A stretch of 64,000 nucleotides of DNA from Pelagibacteraceae bacterium AG-470-G21 (GTDB taxonomy: Bacteria; Pseudomonadota; Alphaproteobacteria; Pelagibacterales; Pelagibacteraceae): the NCBI GenBank assembly GCA_003211555.1, contig QCSH01000004.1, positions 25,086-89,085 on the forward strand, given 5' to 3'. The translations under genes and the position numbers were made by a program. Below the pieces are notes generated by a model. It was given only the letters and a program-made list of their open reading frames with translations, had not been told where the DNA came from and made no database searches. Shown in pieces: positions 1 through 8,516 of the stretch. Every line of letters starts with the position of its first letter. Within the stretch, counting starts at the first letter, position 1.

Positions 1-953
1 ATATTAGGATTAAATTGAGGTTCAGAAAATACACAAGCAACTTTGTCGTGTTCAATTATTTCTCTGATTTCTGATAATTGTTCTGCACCTGGCATTACAT
101 CTGTATTAACAGTAAATGCACCCAATATATTTACATTAAATCTTTTCTCAAAATACTGGTAAGCATCATGAAAAACTATAGATGCTACACTTTTATTTAA
201 TTCAGATTTTACGTCATTAGTAAGTTTGTCAATTTCCTTATATGCTTTACTTAAATTAGCTCTATAAATAGTTTCATTTTTTGAATCATTCTCAATCAAA
301 TGCTTTGACATTTGGAATAAAATCACTTTCGCATTTATTGGATCTAACCAAATGTGTGGGTCAAATTCACCATGGTGATGACCTTCGTGTCCATCATGAT
401 CGTCGTGATCGTCATGTCCGTCTTCTTTTTTTGCATGATCGTCATGGTCGTCTTCTTTGTGACCATCTTCCTTATGGCCATGATCGTCATGATCATCTTT
501 TTTCTTATGTCCATGATCATCATGATCGTCTTCTTTATGACCATCTTCCTTATGGCCATGGTCATCGTGATCGTCGTGTTCAGCAAAAATATTTCTTTCT
601 CTAAATTTTAATTTATTAAGACCCTTTATTTCCAGTAATTCAATTTTATCTGCTTTTTTTGCTATTGAGTCTAATGGTTTTTCCATGAAATTTTCTAAGT
701 CTTCACCTACCCAAAAAATTATATCTGCCTCTTGCAACATTTTTGCATGTGATGGTTTTAATGCAAACCCATGTGGAGAAGAGTATCCGTCGACTATTAA
801 TTTTGGTTTAGTAACTCCATCCATCAGATAACTTGCTAAAGAATGTATTGGCTTAATTGAGGCTACAACTTTGATTTCTGCATTAGCAGATGAAAAAAAA
901 GTTAAAAAGGATATGATAGTTAGGATAATTGATGATTTTTTTAGGTTTTTCAT
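1..953 (-). CDS. znuA: Zinc ABC transporter periplasmic binding protein ZnuA (3' end runs off the window)
   Basis: Not in the ORF track. Manual translation from ATG at 953 gives MKNLKKSSIILTIISFLTFF (signal peptide), VVASIKPIHSL, SPHGFALKPS, a His/Asp-rich loop, and DPHIWLDP. FHDAYQYFE and CVFSEPQFN follow. Divergent from znuCB-zur. Confidence 0.95.
   Translation of the reverse strand, partial: MKNLKKSSIILTIISFLTFFSSANAEIKVVASIKPIHSLASYLMDGVTKPKLIVDGYSSPHGFALKPSHAKMLQEADIIFWVGEDLENFMEKPLDSIAKKADKIELLEIKGLNKLKFRERNIFAEHDDHDDHGHKEDGHKEDDHDDHGHKKKDDHDDHGHKEDGHKEDDHDDHAKKEDGHDDHDDHDGHEGHHHGEFDPHIWLDPINAKVILFQMSKHLIENDSKNETIYRANLSKAYKEIDKLTNDVKSELNKSVASIVFHDAYQYFEKRFNVNILGAFTVNTDVMPGAEQLSEIREIIEHDKVACVFSEPQFNPN
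372..578 (-). repeat. His/Asp-rich low-complexity coding repeat in znuA with a 78-bp-period duplication
   Basis: gaccatcttccttatggccatg occurs at 461-482 and 539-560. The peptide DDHDDHGHKEDGHKEDDHDDH occurs twice, 26 aa apart. Confidence 0.92.
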
Positions 954-972
954 AATATAGTGTTAAGTTAAT

Positions 973-1005
973 TGTTATAATATAACGCTATGTAATAATA
1001 TAACA
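973..1005. promoter_or_regulatory. Two tandem Zur boxes in the znuA/znuC divergent promoter
   Basis: TGTTATAATATAACG (973-987) and TGTAATAATATAACA (991-1005) each differ by one base from the proteobacterial Zur core TGTTAT-N3-ATAACA. zur is in the adjacent operon. Confidence 0.85.
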
Positions 1006-1024
1006 TTAAATAGTCAAGATTAAA

Positions 1025-1771
1025 ATGAGTGAAGAAAACAATATACTAGTAAAATTAAATAACGTAGGACTTTTACGAAATAAAAAATGGCTTGTTAAAG
1101 GTGTTTCTTTAACAGTCGAGAGAGGTCAAATAGTTACTTTAATTGGTCCAAATGGATCTGGAAAGAGTACTACAGCTAAAATTGCAATTGGTATCCACAA
1201 AAATATTGAGGGTAAGGTTGAAAAATTTACAAATAAAATTGGATATGTACCTCAAAAAATATCTATTGATTGGACTTTACCACTGAGAGTAAATGACTTT
1301 ATGGTATTGACTGAGAATTTAAGTGATGAAGCAATAAATGAAGCTTTATCTCTAACAGGTGCAGAACATCTTAAACATAAAAGTTTGGGAAATTTATCAG
1401 GCGGAGAATTTCAAAGAGTTTTGCTTGCAAGAGCTGTTTCAAAAAAACCTGAATTATTAGTATTAGACGAGCCTGTTCAAGGTGTAGATTTTACAGGAGA
1501 GATTGCGCTCTATAAATTGATAAAAGAAATATCAGAGAAGCTAAATTGTGGTATTTTATTAATTTCTCACGATTTGCATACTGTAATGAGTGCTACTGAT
1601 TTTGTTTTATGTTTAAATGGACACGTTTGTTGTTCGGGAACTCCAAAAGATGTTGCGATGAATAATGAGTATAAAGTTTTATTTGGAGAGCAAGCATCAC
1701 AAACTCTGTCAATATACGAACACAAACACGACCATACACATTCTGATGATGGAGAAATAAAAAAAAATTAA
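1025..1771 (+). CDS. znuC: Zinc ABC transporter ATP-binding protein
   Basis: Walker A GPNGSGKST, LSGGEFQR signature, LLVLDEP, C-terminal CLNGHVCCSG and His-rich tail. Confidence 0.95.
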   Translation: MSEENNILVKLNNVGLLRNKKWLVKGVSLTVERGQIVTLIGPNGSGKSTTAKIAIGIHKNIEGKVEKFTNKIGYVPQKISIDWTLPLRVNDFMVLTENLSDEAINEALSLTGAEHLKHKSLGNLSGGEFQRVLLARAVSKKPELLVLDEPVQGVDFTGEIALYKLIKEISEKLNCGILLISHDLHTVMSATDFVLCLNGHVCCSGTPKDVAMNNEYKVLFGEQASQTLSIYEHKHDHTHSDDGEIKKN

Positions 1772-1772
1772 T

Positions 1773-2576
1773 ATGTTTGATGATTTTTTCATAAGAGCAT
1801 TGGTGGCAGGAATAGGAGTTGCTTTTGTAACTGGTCCACTTGGTTGTTTTGTAGTTTGGAGAAGGTTATCTTATTTTGGTGATACTCTTGCGCATTCGGC
1901 TTTGCTTGGGGTTACAATGGCATTGGCTTTTGAAATTAATATAGCAATTTCGATATTTATTATTTCATCTGTAATAGCTATCATATTAGTTAAACTTGAA
2001 AAAAATACTAATTTACCTGGAGATGCTTTACTTGGGCTTCTAGCTCACTCTGCTTTAGCAGTTGGTTTAGTCGTAATTGGTTTTCTATCATTTATAAGAT
2101 TTGATGTTATGGGGTTACTATTTGGAGACATATTAGCTGTTAATGTTGATGATTTGATAATCATATGGGGAGGTGGTGCAATAATTCTCATTGTATTAAA
2201 ACTAATTTGGAAACCTTTGTTTGCTTCAACAGTAAATTATGAATTAGCCGAAGCTGAAGGTTTAAATCCTGATAGAGCAAAAGCAATATTTACAATCTTA
2301 ATGGCTGCAATAATTGCTATTTCCATAAAAATTGTGGGGCTTTTGTTAATAACCGGAATGTTGATTATTCCAACAGCAATGGCAAGAAATCTATCTGATA
2401 CTCCAAGGAAAATGGTTGTATATTCTATTCTAGGTGGATTATTATCAGTATTAATTGGATTATTCTCATCACTAGAATTTAATACACCTTCAGGTCCATC
2501 GATAATTGCAGCGGCTTTGTTCTTATTTATAATTTCTTTATTTAAAATAAAACAGACCATTCAATTGAAAAATTAA
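1773..2576 (+). CDS. znuB: Zinc ABC transporter permease
   Basis: GCFVVWRRLSYFGDTLAHSALLG motif, multiple TM segments, lies after znuC. Confidence 0.95.
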   Translation: MFDDFFIRALVAGIGVAFVTGPLGCFVVWRRLSYFGDTLAHSALLGVTMALAFEINIAISIFIISSVIAIILVKLEKNTNLPGDALLGLLAHSALAVGLVVIGFLSFIRFDVMGLLFGDILAVNVDDLIIIWGGGAIILIVLKLIWKPLFASTVNYELAEAEGLNPDRAKAIFTILMAAIIAISIKIVGLLLITGMLIIPTAMARNLSDTPRKMVVYSILGGLLSVLIGLFSSLEFNTPSGPSIIAAALFLFIISLFKIKQTIQLKN

Positions 2577-2599
2577 TGCTAAATTGATAAAATAAAATA

Positions 2600-2995
2600 A
2601 TGCAAAAAGAAACACTTTCAAAAAACCAAAAAATTATTCTTGATTATATAGAAAAAGTTAATGAACCGATTAAAGCTTATTCAATTCTTCATAACGTCCA
2701 AAAAAAAGGTATTAAAGCCCCACCTCAGGTTTATAGAGCGCTCGATAAATTAGTTGAAATTGGTAAAATTCATAAAATTGAAAGTAAAAATGCTTTTGTT
2801 GCATGCAAAAATTCTAATTGCCAAATATCGAAAGCTACAGCATTTTCTATATGTGAAAGTTGTGAAGAAGTAAGTGAAATAAGTGATCACAAATTATCAA
2901 AATATTTGAAAACTTTTCAAGAAAAAGCAGGAATGAAATTTAATAAATATAACCTTGAATTTTTCGGGCTTTGTAAAAAATGCTCTATTAAATGA
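2600..2995 (+). CDS. zur: Fur-family zinc uptake regulator
   Basis: APPQVYRAL helix, IHKIESKNAFVAC, CESC and CKKC zinc sites; znu context. Confidence 0.9.
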   Translation: MQKETLSKNQKIILDYIEKVNEPIKAYSILHNVQKKGIKAPPQVYRALDKLVEIGKIHKIESKNAFVACKNSNCQISKATAFSICESCEEVSEISDHKLSKYLKTFQEKAGMKFNKYNLEFFGLCKKCSIK

Positions 2996-3531
2996 AAATT
3001 TCTAAAGGAGATAAATTAGAGGAAATTACACTTCCAAGAGATGACGGGTCTACATTTAATTTGTCAGAAACACACGGAAAGAAAGTTCTTTTAACTTTTT
3101 ATAGAATAGCTGGATGTAGTTTTTGTAATCTTAGATTAAACGAAATTAATAAGAGATTTAACGAGCTAGGAAATAATTTTACACATGTTGCAATATTTCA
3201 TTCACCAGTAGATAATTTAAGGTCATATATGAAAAAACATAACAATTTACCTTTTACTGTATTAGCTGACGAAGATTTTAAATATTTTCAAAAATATGAA
3301 ATTGAAAGATCAATGATGAAAACATTATCTGCAATGCTATTTAAATCTCATAAAATAATACCTGCAATGTTAAAAGGATATATTCCTTTTAAAATCAAAG
3401 GTCATTTTGATATAGCTGTTACAGATGTTTTAATAAACGAACAAGGCACGGTTGATGAAGTATACTACGCTAAGAAAGATATAGCCGATCACTTCAGTTT
3501 TGAAAAAATTAAAGAATTTGCAACAAGCTAG
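2992..3531 (+). CDS. Peroxiredoxin-like/AhpC-TSA redoxin with CxxC motif
   Basis: GKKVLLTFYRIAGCSFCNLR, LPFTVLAD, DVLINEQG. ATGA overlap with the zur stop. Confidence 0.75.
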   Translation: MKISKGDKLEEITLPRDDGSTFNLSETHGKKVLLTFYRIAGCSFCNLRLNEINKRFNELGNNFTHVAIFHSPVDNLRSYMKKHNNLPFTVLADEDFKYFQKYEIERSMMKTLSAMLFKSHKIIPAMLKGYIPFKIKGHFDIAVTDVLINEQGTVDEVYYAKKDIADHFSFEKIKEFATS

Positions 3532-3538
3532 AAAACAG

Positions 3539-3877
3539 ATGTTATTTTTTATTTTTAAAGTTGTAGCAGCAGGTTTAATTGTTGCTTTTTCAAGTTGGTT
3601 GGCTGGTCAAAATCCTAAATTGGCTGGATTTATTATTGCTTTACCCTTGGTATCACTAATAGCGATACTGTTTTCCTATTATGAGCATAATGATACAGAA
3701 AAAACAGTAATGTTTACAAAAAGTATATTTATTGCAGTACCAGCAAGTTATTTATTCTTTGTACCCTTCTTTTTTGCAAAATCTTTTAATATGAATTTTT
3801 TCATAATTTATATTGCAGGTTTGGTATTCCTAATCGGAGGATATTTTATCCATAGATACATAGTTAATTTCTTATAA
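3539..3877 (+). CDS. Small 4-TM membrane protein (DUF3147/GlpM-like)
   Basis: Start reassigned to ATG 3539. KVVAAGLIVAFSSWLA...PKLAGFIIALPLVSL pattern, four hydrophobic segments. Confidence 0.65.
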   Translation: MLFFIFKVVAAGLIVAFSSWLAGQNPKLAGFIIALPLVSLIAILFSYYEHNDTEKTVMFTKSIFIAVPASYLFFVPFFFAKSFNMNFFIIYIAGLVFLIGGYFIHRYIVNFL

Positions 3878-3937
3878 AATTAGTATATTTATTTAATCAG
3901 AAAGAAAATTGTCATAAGAAAAAATGTAGGAGGTTTT

Positions 3938-4159
3938 ATGTTTATAAAAAAGTATCTTAAATGGATAAGCACTTTTCTTGTTTTAACAGGAATATTGCTT
4001 ACAAATTTAAATATATATCCAATTAATATATATTTTCACGGTCTTGGTGTAGTTGGTTGGACGATTGCAGGTTTCATCTCAAAAGATAAAGCGATTTTAA
4101 CAAATTTTGGATTACAAATTCCATTATTTATTGTCGGAATATATAAAGTTATCTTTTAA
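3938..4159 (+). CDS. Small 3-TM hypothetical membrane protein (resembles DUF6552-type proteins)
   Basis: Strong SD AGGAGG at 3928-3933; LKW...NIYP...GW pattern; TAATG coupling to arsC. Family name is from recall only. Confidence 0.65.
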   Translation: MFIKKYLKWISTFLVLTGILLTNLNIYPINIYFHGLGVVGWTIAGFISKDKAILTNFGLQIPLFIVGIYKVIF

Positions 4160-4593
4160 TGAAAAATATTTTGTTTGTTTGTACTGGAAATTCAGCAAGA
4201 AGTATTATTGCTGAAAGTATAATAAATAACGTGTATTTTAATAAATATAAAGCTTTCAGCGCTGGCAGCAAACCAACTGGAGAAATAAATAAAAATATTA
4301 AATTATTTTTAGAAAATCATAAAAATTATAACCTTACAAATTATGAATCAAAAAGTTTTAAAGTATTTATCGAAAAAGATATTAATATTGATCATGTTAT
4401 TACTGTTTGTAATAGCGCAAATAAAGAAGTTTGCCCTATATGGCCTAAAAATGATCAAATTGTTCATTGGGATATTGAAGATCCTGTAAGTAAATTTAAG
4501 AATTGTGAAGAAGCAAAAACATATAAAATTATAAATGAAACATTTGTTTTAATAAATGAGAAAATAGAAAATTGGATTAATGATCAAAAATAA
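4159..4593 (+). CDS. arsC: Thioredoxin-type (LMW-PTP fold) arsenate reductase
   Basis: P-loop CTGNSARS, AFSAGSKP, VITVCNSA and EVCPIWP (three-Cys relay), HWDIEDP. Confidence 0.85.
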   Translation: MKNILFVCTGNSARSIIAESIINNVYFNKYKAFSAGSKPTGEINKNIKLFLENHKNYNLTNYESKSFKVFIEKDINIDHVITVCNSANKEVCPIWPKNDQIVHWDIEDPVSKFKNCEEAKTYKIINETFVLINEKIENWINDQK

Positions 4594-5233
4594 AAATATT
4601 ATATTTATTGGTGAATTTTTAGGCAGCTGTTTTCTAGTAATGATTATTGTTGGATCTGGGATAATGGCTGAGAATCTTACAGATGACAATGCGGTAAGAC
4701 TTTTAGCAAATACAATAGCTACTGGAGCAGGATTGTTTGTTCTTATTATTAGTTTTGCTGATATTTCAGGAGCTCACTTTAATCCATTTGTAACACTTGC
4801 AATGTTTTTTAATAAAAAAATTAAGAGTAATGTTTTAATAATCTATATATCTGCTCAAATAATTGGGTGTATGGTGGGTGTGATGATAGCCAATATTTTT
4901 TTTGAGCATGAATTTATTGAATTATCAACAAAAAGTAGAGATGGAATTAATATCTTTATATCTGAGATAATAGCAACTTTTGGTCTAATTTTTGTTATTT
5001 TTGCCACTTTAAAAGATGGAAAAATTATAACTGCTATCAGTGTAGCGACATTCATTTCTGCTGGTTATTGGTTTACTTCATCAACTTCATTTGCGAATCC
5101 AGCAGTATCTATAGCACGTACTTTCACTGACTCCTTTACTGGAATTAATTATCAGAGTACTCCAAATTATATCCTTGCTGAAGCTATAGGATTAATACTC
5201 GCAATATATATAGTTAAAAAAATAATAAGATGA
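4580..5233 (+). CDS. MIP-family aquaporin/aquaglyceroporin, arsenic-associated type
   Basis: SGAHFNPFVT and YWFTSSTSFANPAVSIAR motifs; overlaps arsC by 14 nt. Confidence 0.85.
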   Translation: MIKNKNIIFIGEFLGSCFLVMIIVGSGIMAENLTDDNAVRLLANTIATGAGLFVLIISFADISGAHFNPFVTLAMFFNKKIKSNVLIIYISAQIIGCMVGVMIANIFFEHEFIELSTKSRDGINIFISEIIATFGLIFVIFATLKDGKIITAISVATFISAGYWFTSSTSFANPAVSIARTFTDSFTGINYQSTPNYILAEAIGLILAIYIVKKIIR

Positions 5234-5500
5234 GTACAACCTATTAATGTATTTTTAAAGAAAATTAAAATTTTAGTAGACATTAAAATAATTTTATATA
5301 ACTAGGAAAACCACAATTTATATTTAGAAATAATAAATTTATAGTATGGACATCAATTATTGATACTATAATGATCGATCAATCCACCTTATGATTCTGA
5401 AATAAAAAAATTTACTAATAGATTTAAATCACTCAACATATAAAAAGCTATCAAGTCATGAATCGATGGAACCGAAAACAATAATATAAAGGAGATAAAA

Positions 5501-6466
5501 ATGGATATGACTTTAATTTATACGGTTATAGGGTTTGCCCTTGCCGGTTATAGCGTTATCGCTAACGACTCAATTCAAACACTTGGGACATTTATAGCTT
5601 CAAAAAAGAAGTGGTTTAAATGGTATACTCTAGCTGGATCTGCTTCAGCTGTTATGATTATAGCGTTAGCATGGGGATGGTATTCGTATGATGGTGATAT
5701 TTCTTATGGAAGATTAACTAGAATACCTTATCAAGAAATTCAATGGTATCACGCAGTAGCGCCTGCAATATTACTATTATTAACAAGAATTGGAATACCG
5801 GTATCAACTACTTTCTTAGTTCTTTCAGCATTTGCCTCAACAGTCGTGCTTGAAAAAATGCTTATGAAAAGCGTCGTTGGCTATGGTTTAGCAGCAATGG
5901 TTGCTTATATTGCCTGGATAGGTGTTTCTAAATTCATTAATGAAAAATTTGATGAAGTAGATGATAAATGGAGAGGCTTTTGGAGAAATAGTGTTTGGAT
6001 TTCTTCTGGTTGGTTATGGTGGGTATGGTTATCTCACGATGTGGCTAATATTGCAGTATATCTACCTAGACAATTAGATTTAACATTGCTTTTAATAGTA
6101 ATGGGTTACTTTACAGCACTATTATTCTACATTTTCTACATTCAAGGTGGACCAATTCAAAAAGTTGTTCTTGAAAAAACAGGAACTAGATATGCAAGAT
6201 CAGCAACAATTATTAACGTAATATATGCTGGTGTCTTATTCTACTTTAAAGAACTGAACGATTTACCTATGTCTACGACATGGGTTTTTGTTGGATTATT
6301 ATGTGGTCGAGAATTAGCAATTGCTACTATGAATAAAGAATATAAATTTGGATATGTTTTCCCTTTAATAGGAAAAGATTTCTTAAAAATGATATTTGGA
6401 CTTAGTGTATCAGTTGGAATAGTTCTAGGAATTCATTATATAATTATTCCAAATAATTGGTTTTAA
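5501..6466 (+). CDS. Polytopic membrane protein with PiT/PHO4-like repeated motifs (putative phosphate or other anion transporter)
   Basis: IANDSIQTLGT/GIPVSTT in the N-half and SHDVANIA/LPMSTT in the C-half; strong SD AAGGAG upstream. Substrate is inferred. Confidence 0.6.
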   Translation: MDMTLIYTVIGFALAGYSVIANDSIQTLGTFIASKKKWFKWYTLAGSASAVMIIALAWGWYSYDGDISYGRLTRIPYQEIQWYHAVAPAILLLLTRIGIPVSTTFLVLSAFASTVVLEKMLMKSVVGYGLAAMVAYIAWIGVSKFINEKFDEVDDKWRGFWRNSVWISSGWLWWVWLSHDVANIAVYLPRQLDLTLLLIVMGYFTALLFYIFYIQGGPIQKVVLEKTGTRYARSATIINVIYAGVLFYFKELNDLPMSTTWVFVGLLCGRELAIATMNKEYKFGYVFPLIGKDFLKMIFGLSVSVGIVLGIHYIIIPNNWF

Positions 6467-7302
6467 ACTAATTTTAATCCAATCGCACCTGCTAGGATAA
6501 ACAAAATAGAAATTATCTTAGCTGGTGTGATTTTTTCTTTTAATAAAAAATATCCAATAAATATTGATAATAAAATACTTGTTTCTCTTAAAGATGTAAC
6601 AACTGGTATTGGAGCTTTTGTAAATGCCCATACAGCCAAAGCATAACTAGCATATGATAATGTTACACCGTAAAAAAATATCATTTTACCGTCTCTATAA
6701 ACCCTTTTAATAATATCCTTTTGCCCTCTTAAACTAAGAATAAATGGGAAAATCATAGCATTTAATATGAAAGACCAGCTGACAAAAGATATTGCAGAAT
6801 TACTCACTCTTGCTCCATATCCATCTACAAGTGAGTATGATCCAATAAACAAACCTGTAATTATCGAAAATTTAATTACATTTAAGCTACTGTTTTTATA
6901 ATCAGAAATGCCAAGAAAAAAAATTCCAAAACATATTAAGAAAATAGAGATCAGTATAAATTTATTTAACACTACTCCTAACAATAAAATTGAAATAATC
7001 GTTACCAATAGTGGCCCTGTCCCTCTTGCTATAGGGTAGACTTTTGTCAAATCTCCTATTTCATATGATTTAAGTAAGAACCATTGATAACCAATATGAA
7101 CAACAATACTTGCGAAGATATAAGGTATACTTTCTATTGAGGGTGCCGGCAACATGATGATTGCAACAATTGAAAAAGGTATATGCCCTAAAATTATACC
7201 TGCTAGAGCAACTGCTTTATCCGAGTGTTTTTTAACCATACCATTCCAAGTGGCATGTAGAAGTGCTGCCAATAAAACGACAGAAAATACTAATGTATCC
7301 AT
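6463..7302 (-). CDS. EamA/DMT family transporter
   Basis: LLAALLHATWN, VYPIARG, SLRETSI motifs; about 10 TM in two repeats. Confidence 0.85.
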   Translation of the reverse strand: MDTLVFSVVLLAALLHATWNGMVKKHSDKAVALAGIILGHIPFSIVAIIMLPAPSIESIPYIFASIVVHIGYQWFLLKSYEIGDLTKVYPIARGTGPLLVTIISILLLGVVLNKFILISIFLICFGIFFLGISDYKNSSLNVIKFSIITGLFIGSYSLVDGYGARVSNSAISFVSWSFILNAMIFPFILSLRGQKDIIKRVYRDGKMIFFYGVTLSYASYALAVWAFTKAPIPVVTSLRETSILLSIFIGYFLLKEKITPAKIISILFILAGAIGLKLV

Positions 7303-7310
7303 AAAGAGTA

Positions 7311-8516
7311 TTAATTAACTCTACCGTAAATATCTTGATATCTAACTATGTCGGTTTCTTTTAAAATAGGTCCGGTTTGTATTTCAATAATTTTTACTTT
7401 TTCCTTAAATTTATTTTCTATTCGATGAATTGCTTCTCTTGGTATGAATATTTTTTCTCCTGGTTTTTTAAAGAAATTTTTCTTATTTAATGTAATTAGA
7501 GGCTTTCCATCAGTAATAGTCCAATGTTCAGATCGATGAAAATGCTTTTGTAAGCTTAATTTAGAATTAGGATTAACTACTAATTCCTTTACTAGAAAGT
7601 TTTTACCCTCGTATAGGTTTGTATATCTACCCCATGGTCTATGAAAAACATTTTTTTTCTTAAAGTATTTATTTTTATTTTTTTTATATATTTTCGATAT
7701 TTCAAACCAATTTCCAAGATCTGACCATTGAATACTAAGCTTTATTGCATTTATATTTTTTGATTTTTCAAGAATTGCATAATCGAAAGAAATTTCCTTA
7801 CATTTATCAAAGATTTTTTTATTCAAAAAATATGTATTATTTCTAATCTTTGATTTTTCCAAAGATTTTAGACATGCTTTATAAATATTAGGTTGATATT
7901 TTTTAAAGTTGTTAATTATTGATGATTTTTTTAAATAGAACATTCCAGAATTCCAATAGCCTCCAGATTTAATTATCTTTTTGGCTTTTTGCTCTGTTGG
8001 TTTTTCAATAAATTTAGTTACTTTATTTAACTTATTTATACTTTTTGTTTTAAGATATCCGTACTCATTAGATGGTCTAGTTGGTTTAATCCCAAATATA
8101 AATATATTTTTATCACTTAAATTTTTAACATTTGTTTTTAAAGATCTTGTTAAAATACTTGGGTTTTCAATCAAATGATCTGAAGTAAAAAACATTATTG
8201 GTTGGTCAGTTGGAATTTCTTTAAGTAAAGCACTCACTAAAATTGCTGGAGCAGTATTTTTTTTAGTTGGTTCTAATATTATTTTGTATTTTTTTATTTT
8301 AGATTTTTTCAATGTTTTCTTAACATCTTTTAAATACTTAAGATTTGTACTGATAATTGGAAAATCGTAAGAATTATTATTTATTCTTTCAAAAGCTTTT
8401 TGTAATAAAGTCCAACCACCAAAATCAATAAATTGTTTTGCTTGAGTATTTTTTAAATTTGGCCAAAGGCGTGTTCCTGCACCACCACAAAGTATTACAG
8501 GTCTAATTTTCATCAA
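7311..8516 (-). CDS. manC: Mannose-1-phosphate guanylyltransferase / mannose-6-phosphate isomerase
   Basis: [41 protein letters not shown]-terminal cupin HRPWG...[12 protein letters not shown]. Confidence 0.9.
   Translation of the reverse strand: MMKIRPVILCGGAGTRLWPNLKNTQAKQFIDFGGWTLLQKAFERINNNSYDFPIISTNLKYLKDVKKTLKKSKIKKYKIILEPTKKNTAPAILVSALLKEIPTDQPIMFFTSDHLIENPSILTRSLKTNVKNLSDKNIFIFGIKPTRPSNEYGYLKTKSINKLNKVTKFIEKPTEQKAKKIIKSGGYWNSGMFYLKKSSIINNFKKYQPNIYKACLKSLEKSKIRNNTYFLNKKIFDKCKEISFDYAILEKSKNINAIKLSIQWSDLGNWFEISKIYKKNKNKYFKKKNVFHRPWGRYTNLYEGKNFLVKELVVNPNSKLSLQKHFHRSEHWTITDGKPLITLNKKNFFKKPGEKIFIPREAIHRIENKFKEKVKIIEIQTGPILKETDIVRYQDIYGRVN

Noticed and set aside
372-578. Possible CRISPR or minisatellite array
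   Set aside because: Triplet-based coding repeat with no unique spacers and no cas genes.
281-611. ORFs 281-604(+), 344-586(-) and 354-611(+) with repetitive or hydrophobic translations
   Set aside because: Shadow frames of the stop-poor His/Asp repeat inside znuA.
3909-3930. TTGTCAT resembling a Pho-box half site
   Set aside because: No second half site at 11-bp spacing; expected by chance.
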